Shown: positions 12,431 to 22,505 of the stretch, piece by piece
How the letters are laid out: every line of letters starts with the position of its first letter
Position numbering within the stretch: position 1 is the first letter of the stretch
NCBI GenBank assembly: GCA_964252035.1
Contig: OZ176201.1
Strand: one strand, 5' to 3'
DNA: 64,000 bases
Origin: Podarcis erhardii
Taxonomy: Eukaryota
Translations under genes and position numbers: made by a program
The notes under the pieces: generated by a model
What the model was told of the DNA's origin: nothing
Seen by the model: only the letters and a program-made list of their open reading frames with translations
Databases searched by the model: none

Positions 12431-13937
12431 ATAGGCAGGACTGCATACCCTCCTGCTCAACAATGACCTTGGCAAGCAGGCCACAAAAGGCCAAACTTCA
12501 GTATTGATGCCACATTCCATTTGACTGCATTTTTGCTCTGAATACTTGTGATAGAACAAAGGGCCCTGTATGGGCTTGCAAGGCTGCATCTTCCAGCAAC
12601 TCGCTTCAACAAAAGACATCCTCTTTTGCCTATTTTAGGAATAGCATGTTAGCAGGATATGTCATGAGAAAGGCAATGAGAGTTCCCTCAGTGAAGCGCA
12701 GTGCCTTGGTAATGCAGGTGAGACATTTCCTGGCGCTGCTTATGCCAGCCCCCCCCCCCCCGTCCCATATTTTTATTTTTAGATACAGAAAGTGATACTG
12801 ATCAAATCCGACTGTGTTGTCAGCTTTTCTAATGGCACACCAAAAGCCCAGTTATCTCCACCTTTTAAACCCTGCCGGGCCCAGATGGCAGGCCACCTTG
12901 TCGCACTGTGAGTGAGCATGTTTTGCTCTGTGTTCAGTGTCACTTTCTGCATGAAAAGAAAATGCCGTTCTGAGCCTTTCAAGGCGATAATGCTGCTTGT
13001 GTCCCTCTATCCCTGTGATAAGTGCAGAGAGGGCAGGCAGGGAGATGGCCTCCGGAAGGATCAGAGCACACCAGGCTCCATAGACAGGCCCACGTGGGAT
13101 ATATCTATAGAACAAGATGAAAGTGTTTCACTTTCTTCTTTTTAACCGTATCGCATACAGGGATGCTTTATCTTGATCCTTTGCAGGGTCTGGCTTTTTG
13201 TGTTCAGCTTCACGTTCTAATCCAAACTGAGAGAAGAGAACCCTGAAAAATGGAACTGACACATATGATAACTGGGATTACTTTACAATGTTGACTTTTT
13301 AAATGGCCTCAACAACTAGAGAACAAAGCCTGAAATAGCAACAGGTAAAAAATTACGCCCCTGTTCCTCATTTCCCTTCACAGTAAGAAGTTCCTGGGCA
13401 CCCTTTTACAGGATGAGTCTTCTCCTGAGAAGGAAGTGCTGGTTAGACTTATGGCGGTAATCAACCGTTCATTTCCAAGCATGAAGGTTGAGCAGGTGGA
13501 AGGCAAACACACCCATGGGCAGTCCCAGTCCCCAAGCAACTTCAGTACTGCATTCCTAGAAGATGGTACCCAATGGTTGGTACCCAATGAAATACCACTT
13601 GCTGGAACATTTGCAGTAGACAGGCAAAGTGTTTCTGATTCCCGCTTGTTCAATTGGAAACGTCAGGAAGCAACATCTGGGAGATCTGGGAGTAACTCTT
13701 TCATGTATAATAAAATTGGTTCTGAAAGACTGGAGTCAGGATTGAGGAGCAGTCAGTTCTCCAAAGGTGCTAGGCTCAGGCCTAGTTTTTGTACTTGTGC
13801 CACTCTCACAAAAAAGAAAGAAAGCCATCTTCAGCCTTTTTCATTCCACTTCCTGATACGCATTGCCAGAAGACACAATGACACAGGCAACTCACTGAGG
13901 CAAACTGAGGGAGAGAAAGAGGCGGCACATCCTCTCT

Positions 13938-14072
13938 GACCCTCCAAGTGTTCCTATTTTCCACAGATGTCCCTGATTTAGAAAAGCCATCCTGATTTCT
14001 GATTTGATCCCAGAATGTCCCGCTTTTCCTTAGGATGTCCCTATTTTCATTGGAGAAATATTGGAGGGTGTG
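13938..14072. mobile_element. Short MITE-like element with terminal inverted repeat (accctccaa / ttggagggt)
   Basis: Inverted termini and internal gatgtccc repeats; family not assigned. Confidence 0.5.
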
Positions 14073-14275
14073 CCCTCTTTCTTTCTCAATTTGCCTGTGT
14101 CGTCATGTCCTCCTTCTCCTCCCTCCCATATGCCAACGCTGCTGTGGAAGAGACGATCCACTGCCAGATGCACAGCAGCAGCAACAACAAAAAACGGATC
14201 CTTTCTCTCCAGACTCCTTTGGTGTGCTCTTCTGATCATGTATGAAAATTGCAGGCCGTACAAGGAACTGCTCCT

Positions 14276-14360
14276 TTGTTGTTGTTGTTTGGTCATTTAG
14301 TCGTGTCCGACTCTTCGTGACCCCATGGATCAGAGCACGCCAGGCACTCCTGTCTTCCAC
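14276..14360 (-). mobile_element. Extremely 5'-truncated BovB/RTE LINE (85 bp) with a perfect 11-bp TSD
   Basis: The minus strand encodes EDRSAWRALIHGVTKSRTRLND (BovB-type RT C-terminus) plus a (caa)n tail. TSD gaactgctcct at 14265-14275 and 14361-14371. Confidence 0.88.
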
Positions 14361-14406
14361 GAACTGCTCCTAGGCCATCCAAATTACTCCTGCCGCTCTA
14401 CATTCT

Positions 14407-14595
14407 TAGGAACCAAAGAAACTGCCTTATCTGGAGTCACACCAATGGTCCATTTAATTCAGTATTGTCAACACTGACTGGCAGCAGTTCTCCAGGATTT
14501 CAAAGAGAGGTCTCTCCTAGCCCTACCTGGAGATGCTGGGGATTGAACTTGGGACCTTCTGCATGCAAAACAGATGCCCTACCACTTTGCTATGA
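14407..14595 (-). mobile_element. tRNA-Ala-derived squamate SINE (Squam2-like)
   Basis: Head gcatgcagaaggtcccaagttcaatccccagcatctccaggtagggc; body ctgccagtcagtgttgacaatactga. Confidence 0.7.
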
Positions 14596-15834
14596 TCTTT
14601 TTTTGTATGGTTTCGAATTGGATGCAAAAGTTGTTGTGGGTTCAAGAATTCTCACGCATTTGGCAATACTGTGCTGGTGACTGGGATTGGCTGCCAAAAA
14701 CATTTAGGCAGGCAATCATAGTCAGATTGACTAGTTCTAGACACTGAAGCCTGATCTGTTCCCCTCTGTTAGTGCAAGACTGCAGCTCCCTGGTGGCGAC
14801 ACTTTCTCCTCCTGTAGATATTCATAGTGTGCTGGCTCCTTCTAGGCCAAACAGCATGGACCACAATGCCATGCTATAAAGATACACAGGTAATATTAGT
14901 GTTCATTGTAATGCACAACAGCAACTAAATCACCAGAAGAACACAGTGGATATGCGTAAAGTAAAGGCTGGGAGGATTGCCTTTTTTGAAGTGTGTTCTA
15001 CTTATAAATACCTTCCAGAGCCGAAGAAAAATAAACTTGGGCCTCTCTAAGCATAAACAAGATAAAAAGGAGATAGCTAAGATGACAGTGCTCCCTCTCA
15101 CCCTGGAGCCATTGGAAGGAAGATCAAAGCAGAAAAGCCATGTAGGCTCAGCATGTGATTTAACTTCCTTCAGTGGTAGGGTTTGGAGGGTGGGGAAAGC
15201 CCATGAAAAACAAAACGGGGCTATCATTGGCTCTCAGGTCTGTCAATCATCTCAAGCAGCAAGCAATCTCACAGCTGCTTTGGATACTTGATGGGAGGCA
15301 GAGGAGGTGACATTTCAGCCTCTTTGCTCAACGAAGACCTGCTACTCAGAGATGGGGGCAGGGAGGAGGCTCCCTTAGCACCCCCTGAGTGTCACTTGCT
15401 GTAAGGAAGCAAGCCTCCCTCTGTTGCCCTTTGTACAACACTCCCAGGTGGTAGGAGAGTTATTACATCCGATTCCCGAGAATGAAATGACATAGTGTCA
15501 TTTGTATACAGGCTTGGCCACAGAGTTTTTTGCATGAAGCCAATGGGATAACAATGATCAAATGTCGTGTGAGTTGAAAGATTTGCTATTATAGATTCCC
15601 AAGTGCATCAAATGCAGTCTGCAAGCTTTTCTCAGTTCTGCTTTAAGACTGTTAGAATATGCAGGCTAGGGCTTCCTTTGCATCCAGCAAATTCTCTTTC
15701 TCTCAACCTGCCCTTGTTTTGTGGGGGTCCCACATTTTTGCTTCATATTCAGTCGGTATAAGAGTTCTGGTGAACCCACAGGCTGGTGATGGAGCACACC
15801 TTGCTTTGTGACTTTTGGTTGACCAGGTTTGTTT

Positions 15835-16022
15835 GGGGGAAGGACTGTTTCTCAGTGGCAGAGCATCTCCTTTGCATGCTGCAGATGGGCCAGGTTCAGT
15901 CCCAGCATTTCCAGGTAGGACTGCAAATGTCCACTCTCTGAAACCCTGGACAGCCTCCGCCAGCCAATGCAGAAAATATTGAGCTCGGTGGAACAAGGGT
16001 ATAAGGCAGCCCCCTATATTCC
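15835..16022 (+). mobile_element. Squam2-like tRNA-Ala SINE
   Basis: ctcagtggcagagcatc...ggttcagtcccagcatttccaggtagg...gtataaggcagc. Confidence 0.65.
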
Positions 16023-16650
16023 TGTTTTAAAAGATCCCCGTATGCAGGTAGAAATCACATCTCCAGAAGCGTTAAAAAAGATAAATAGGGAGAGCGAATG
16101 CAGAAAGCTTCCCAGCCAAATAATTATTAATTTTTAGTCAACTTCTGTCACTGTTGAGGCCAGAGAAAGTGGCTTAGCTGTTTTTCTTTTCTTCTCTGCA
16201 GCCAAAAGCCAGCAGACATTAACAATCTCCTCTCCATCGGCCCACAATCCTCCCTCCTGACATATTGGTTATTTTTCCAAGTGTCACCGTAACAATAACC
16301 AGACATGTTTATTGCTCATTGAAATATTGGAACGCGGCTCCTCCTCGGAGATACCTTGTCTGGGACTCAAAAGGGGAAGAAAGTTCCTCTAAATAAACAG
16401 AGCTGCATTTCATTTGGCACGAGCCCCATGCAGTCCTCCAGGCTTGCTGCGTTTTGTCCCATGTGCCGGCTCGCCTGGACTCCAGATGTGGTTGGCACCA
16501 AGTGGCAGTGAGTGCCCCTTAATTTGGAGAGGCAAAGAAAATGTTATACTTAGGTGACCACCAACTCATAAACAGTCACATCTGAAGTGGAAACAGAAGA
16601 TCTGCAGAGCAGAAAGATCTGAGTCTGTGTGCAGCCCGAAACCTCAAGAG

Positions 16651-16694
<44 letters not shown>
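16651..16694. repeat. (ACTT)11 microsatellite
   Basis: Read directly; flanked by the 9-bp direct repeat acctcaaga. Confidence 0.97.
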
Positions 16695-16696
<2 letters not shown>

Positions 16697-17138
16697 CTCA
16701 AGATCAATGGAACTGACTCCCTAGTAGTTATCTTTAGGGGTGCAGTTGTATAGCCTCTTAATCAAAAAGATTTTCTTAATAACCAGAGTAAAACAGAGAG
16801 CTGCGGGACAGGTAGTAAGTAAATCATGTTGACAGGATGCTAGCGACAAGCACCTGGAAATCTCTCAACTCCAATATTGCCTATACTGTATAATTTTAAC
16901 ATGGACTTCATTGTGGTTTCCTCTGCAAGACAGGGATACTAGCAGCATCATGAGAAAGATGTCAAATTAGTTGCATGGATCACCTCAACAAAGGTGATTT
17001 TGCAATCCAATCCAATTATAGGATTGCTCTATTAGAAAAAGGCTAAAACCATGTCTTTACTACATATATCATTTCTTTGCTGCGTGCATTCTTATTTTTC
17101 ATTGACATTTGCATTCCATCAGGGTTTATGGGGTGTTA

Positions 17139-17857
17139 GGGGAGGAGGAGTAGCCCTGGTACACATTGTGCTCCTTCTGCAGTAGTTTGTCCACCTTTGG
17201 TCCCCATCCTGCACTCAGCTCTCACCTGTGGCTCCTAGAAGCTGTCAGCATGTGATAACGGTGGCCACACCCTGGGAATGTCTTTGACTGCCTGCCTAAA
17301 TCAGGTGAGGGTAGCCGATGGCTTGCAAACCCTCAGGGGATTAGGGACTTCCCCTGCATGTGAAGACAGGCTCTGGCAGGTTGAGCAGATGAGATGAGTG
17401 GGTCCAAGGATCAAGAAGGCAGTTTCTGCATGTGCTGTAGAGGTAAGTGAGGGGCAAAAGGAGCTCATCAGCTAAGGAAGGTAGACCACCTAGGAGAAGG
17501 AAAACTGATCCTAAACCTTCACTGCCTTGTGGGATACCTTTGGGAGAAGAAAAGGGTCAGGAGTAGACCCTACGCATATCTGGAATGGAGTCTCTAAGAC
17601 GGTTGGATGGTGTCTTGTACGTCTCCTTCCCGCAACCCCTGCAACCAAGCTGGTGCCAAGCGTGTTGCTCTGCTTTCCTTTGGATTACACCATTGAGGCC
17701 AAGGTGGGCTGGTCTTGTCATCTGGGCAGCCTAGGACCTCCATACACACTGCCCAGGCTTGTGCCCCGGATGGGTCACTTTGGTGCTTCACCCCTAGTGG
17801 CATACTCCATTGTCTTTCAAGACAGATGGATGCCACCACTACCAACAACAACAACAA
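17139..17857 (+). mobile_element. Probable non-autonomous RTE-clade retroelement (about 720 bp, (CAA)n tail, no recognisable RT ORF)
   Basis: Contains aaggaaaactgatcctaaacc and cccaggcttgtgccccgg blocks I associate with RTE 5' regions, and ends tgtctttcaagacagatggatgcc...(caa)n like RTE 3' ends. The family assignment is from recall only. Confidence 0.45.
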
Positions 17858-18989
17858 ATTTGTTGAGGGGTTTGGAGCAGTGTGCATGGGATTTTGTGTG
17901 GCCTTTTTTCTGGTGCAGATATTGCCCTACCCTAGACCTGCTTTGTTTCAGCAAGATGGCTGCATCGGGTAGCTTCAGACCCTGCCCTGTTTTGTCAAGA
18001 CGTTGTTTGCTTAGTTAGTGCCTACCAAATGTGCTATGTATTTTTCAGCCACTAGGTGACAGGGCACTCTAAAATTCAAACCAAGCCTCCCAACATTGAA
18101 GCACTTGTCCAGGGCAACTTTAGAAGTGTCTTAGTTCAAATCATTTGTACAAAGCCCATGTAACTTAGTTCATTGTTGACTTCTGAGGAAACAGGCTTAG
18201 GAGCAGGTTGTGGCCGGACTGCAGTGGTCCAAAAAAGAAAAGAAAAGAAAAGAAAAGAAAGTCAGAAGAAATATGTACAGTGCATTTAACCGCCCCTAGT
18301 GACTTCGGTTCTGGAACTCACAATTTCAATTTGATTCCTTCCTTACCTGATAGATTGAGGATCACAAACAATGACAGAGACAGCAAAAAGTATAACATGC
18401 AATTTAATTCTGTTGCTTTGTCTCCATTAATTTGAAATGACCTATGACTGTAGCTCAGTAATATATCAATAAGTTATTTGATACATGCAGTGAGGCGAGA
18501 AAATGAGACAAAGAGGAATATAGGAAAATCACTTCTCTGCCCCTCAATGTGCTATTTAATTTTTTTAAAAAAAACACCTGGCATGTTGCCAACTGTTATG
18601 TCTGGCCTGGCCCTAAGCAGGTGCACTTTTTCCTTATAATTTAGTCTTAATACTGGGGGAAACTTCCTCTGTCTGCTTTACTTGTGACTTACTGTTGTTA
18701 AAGGCAGAAAAGCACTAGTAAGAAAGGCAACTGCTCCCATATTTACTGGGCAGCGGGGGATTTTCTGTGCATGTTTGCTGAGGACTGAGTCACACGAAGC
18801 TCAATGGGACATACAGCACATTATTCACAAAAACAGAATTTATCTTAATAATGTGCTAAGTGAGATTATTCAGTTTGGAACTAAAATACAAGAGCAATGT
18901 GCAGAAATTTCATCAGCTATTGAAAGCTTTAAGTACCAGACATAGTCAGTTCTCCCATTTCCAGAGCCAGTGACAAGTCTAGTCCTGTA

Positions 18990-19207
18990 CAGTGGTACCT
19001 TGGGTTACATATGCTTTAGGTTACAGACGCTTCAGGTTACGGACTCCGCTAACCCAGAACTAGTACCTCGGGTTAAGAACTTCGCTTCAGGATGAGAACA
19101 GAAATTGCGCGGTGGCGGCACGGCAGCAGCGGGAGGCCCCATTAGCTAAAGTGCTGTCTCAGGTTAAGAACAGTTTCAGGTTAAGAACGGACCTCCAGAA
19201 CGAATTA
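18990..19207. mobile_element. Tc1/mariner (Tigger-like) MITE with the right TIR missing
   Basis: TA|cagtggtaccttggg left TIR; the interior is the reverse complement of the 41872 copy. Confidence 0.85.
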
Positions 19208-19340
19208 CAGGGAAGTTTTTAAAGTTTGAGGTTTTATTGTGTTTTTAATATTTTGTTGGGAGCTGCCCAACCAAAACCCAACCCAGTCAGTTGAGCAGCA
19301 TATTAATAATAAAATTGTTATTAAATTTATTATTATTATC
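19207..19340 (+). mobile_element. L2 3' UTR/tail fragment
   Basis: cagggaagtttttaaagtttg...ttgggagctgccc...ccagtcag...(tat)n; similar to 10390-10498. Confidence 0.55.
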
Positions 19341-19344
19341 TCTT

Positions 19345-19490
19345 GATCCACATGTCGACAGTCTACATTTCTGGGTAGGCTTTTCTAAACAAAACTGTTT
19401 TTAGCAGGCATTTAAAAGGTAAAGTGATGGTGTCTGCCTGATGTCAATAGACAGGGAATTCCAATGTGTAGGTGCTCCCACACTAAAATA
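19345..19490 (-). mobile_element. L2 LINE C-terminal fragment
   Basis: The minus strand reads approximately FSVGAPTHWNSLSIDIRQTPSLYLL.CLLKTVLFRKAY, a typical L2 ORF2 end. Confidence 0.65.
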
Positions 19491-20223
19491 TCAATTCCTT
19501 ACAAATGCAGAACAGATATTATGTGCCCTAGTAATAGGGCCAGTTCCACAGATTGAAGCGCTCAAGTGAACATATATATAACATTTATGTAATGGACATG
19601 AAAAGAGATGTGGGAATGTATTTCTATTGGATTCCATTGCTGGTGATAATTCCTGAGCATAATGCCACAAAATAATGGGCAACAAGACATTGAACAAAAG
19701 AGAGTGCAAGCTGGGAGTTGTGTAGCTGCTCCCCAAGACTGTGATTTATAACAATCTGAACTCCTACTGCCCAGTTGTGAGTTTTGGATTGATTTTTTTC
19801 CCTAATGGATGAACATGTCTTTATATGCCTTTTGTCAAGGAACATTTTGTCCTAACAGAGCCTAGAGAATATAATTCCGATTGTGCCATAATGGCAAGCT
19901 GAAAAAATTATTTTCTCCTAGCATTAATTGGAGTAGGATGATTACACCCAGAATGCACTGCGGAGATTAGTATCATGGAGGATAACGTTGAACACCCCAT
20001 ATCTAGTTCATCAGCATAGCTGCTTACCTTTTAAAAAATGGGATCATATTTAAATAAGGTTTGGAATCACATCATTTCCTTAAAGTCTGTTGTGGTCTTT
20101 TTCTTTTTTAACCTTCCTCTGCTACTGAGCTTCTCACATGGTGGTGTTTGAACTAATGTGTGCATTAAGTAGATGCTATAGAAAGGCACACAGGCTTGTG
20201 CATCTTAATGGTGCCACCCTGTC

Positions 20224-20272
20224 CATGCCTACTCAGAAGTAAGTCCTATTTAATTCAGTGGGTCTTACTCCC
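20224..20272. repeat. Representative of an abundant short squamate hairpin-like repeat (catg.ctactcagaagtaagtcccattga.ttcaatggg); other copies near 2210, 32085, 46905, 49565, 50880, 54920, 62230
   Basis: The same 40-70 bp motif recurs across the window; family not named. Confidence 0.6.
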
Positions 20273-22302
20273 ATATGAGTGGGAACTTCATTGAGCCTTC
20301 TGAAGTTGCATCCTGTGTCCAGATGAATGGGTTTTATTGCTTCCCCCTGAATCGACCTTGAGTAGATTGTACAAATTATTTTCTCATCACTCCAGCAAAG
20401 GAGAATCACAAGACCAAAGCAACACTGTTGGTTCTCACTTTCTCTTACAATAAGCTCATTTTATCTGCTTAATTCTGTAACATAGGAAGCACTGGGGTGT
20501 TTGCAGCTCCCTGAGGCTCTATGCTGACCTTCAACAGGCTTCAATTGTTAGATCAATAAACTTCTGACACCTGCAGTACAACATAAACTTGACCCTTAGT
20601 CCCATCTGATCCATCACTAGGAAGATTGCTTTGAAGGGCAAGGGAATTGGTGGCCAGTGCAAAGGTACCTAAATAGCCAAATCAGAGTGATGCAACAAAA
20701 CAACCATCTGCTTTGAGTAAATAGATCTGAAGTGCATTTTTAATTGGGGTGGCAAGTAGGTTATGATATATGATTTTTTTATGGGAACGTATGTTTCCCT
20801 AGTATTTCAACACTTTAAAGAAGATCAGTAATGGTGAGCCTGGAGATGGGAACTCCTGGTATGTTAGTCTTCCTGTTAGTGACAGAATTTTTAGCATTAA
20901 CCTGCTCCTGTTATCCAGATGGTATCCTAGTATTTTTGTTGATTCAACTTCAAGGGGAAACTCTCTCAGAGGAGACTTGGGTTGAAAAGATCTGCCAGCA
21001 CAACACATTCTTAAGAGGGTGAAGTTCTTCAGGTGGCACACACACTGAAGCCTGCAACGTGTCTCTCATAAATGCTTTAGATGAATATGAAATGGGACAC
21101 AGTGGTATAAGTAGAAACTAATTTTCTGCACGACACCTGCCCCTCAGTTTAAACTTGACCTCCTGATCTCTACCTGTCAAGAGTTGGCTTTCGAATGGCT
21201 GAGCTCCAACAGCTTGATTCCAGCACTGTTTGAAACTGCTGTAAGTAAGGGACATAAAAGGAACAGGTCTCTGGTGTGAAGGGAGACATATGCTCCGACG
21301 GTCTACCTAAGCATGAATTTCCTGTCTTCCAAGATACTTATTCAAAAGGCCATATAAATAAATGTGGATGTACAAGAGAACTGGTTCCTGGAAGCTGAGA
21401 AGGCAGGTATCTCAAAGTCCAGAGCAAAGAATGCAACAGAAACAGACATTCAGTAATTAAGAAGCTTTCTGTGGGCTACAGTCATTTAGCCTTGAACAGC
21501 AGGCTTCTGGAGAACATGATAGGTTGCTTTCTCCAGAATTGGCCGCAAGGGCAAAGGGGCTATTTTGTTGGAGAATATTGCCTTTAAATAAAATTTAAAA
21601 AAGAAGCAGGACTGTCATGAAACAGAAAGTTTTCAAAAGCTCAGCTGTTCCTTGATGTGTCAACAGATGTTGCCAGGTGCTCTCCAAGGGCTGGGCACAG
21701 CTCCTCGTGGAAATTTAACACTTTGCAGAGAAGCTAAAGCTTTAATAGCACAAGTAACTGAAGATGTAGTGATCCGATGGTGCAAAGTTTTTGTGAATGT
21801 TAGAGTTAGCCAAGACATGAATATGCAGCATATTTAGACGAGGATGCAAAGCTAATCAGTGTGCAAAACTGGATGAGAAAAGTGCCTTTCATTTGTCAAA
21901 AATAAGCAAGGGTTTGGCTCCATTATTACAGCATGACATAGTGAAGCTGAGATTATACACCACGGCTGATGGCCAACATTGGTCATATTCAGAGGAGACC
22001 ACTTTAAATCAAGTCACCGGAGTTTAATGGGTCTGCTCTAAGTAGGACTGACATTAGATGTCACCCAGTGTAATGTGGATGTAATTCTATCAACATTTCA
22101 AAAGCTCTAACAATGGTCATCATGGTGTCTGAGTAACTTTGAGGTGTAATGCCTGCTTCTCTGAACTTGTAGTCCATTAACATTTAACTCCATGCAGTTT
22201 CTTGGGTGCTATAATGTTTAGCATATGTTTTGTGTGCATGATATGCCTAGCTCCCATCGCCCCCTGATGAAGAAAGGGCTTCTCATTATCTGTCCAAATG
22301 CA

Positions 22303-22505
22303 AAGAATGTAGGGAAAGTCCTTATGGATCAGACCAGCACCTCACCTAGTCCAGCATCCTGCTCTCACAGAGGTCAAGCAGATACCCATAGGAAGCCCTC
22401 AGCTAGGACATAAACCCAACTGCTGTTCCCTTGCTTGGGATTCCCATAACCTGATGGTATTCAAAGAGATACTGCCTCTGACCACAGAGTTACACTTAAA
22501 GCATA
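22303..22505 (-). mobile_element. CR1-type 3' end fragment
   Basis: ggatcagacc...ctagtccagcatcctgctctcacag; shared with the 44767 and 63313 copies. Confidence 0.55.

Noticed and set aside
20799-21041. ORF weakly reminiscent of a Penelope GIY-YIG C-terminus (STKILGYHLDNRSRL)
   Set aside because: The resemblance is too vague, and I found no GIY/YIG motif or RT nearby.
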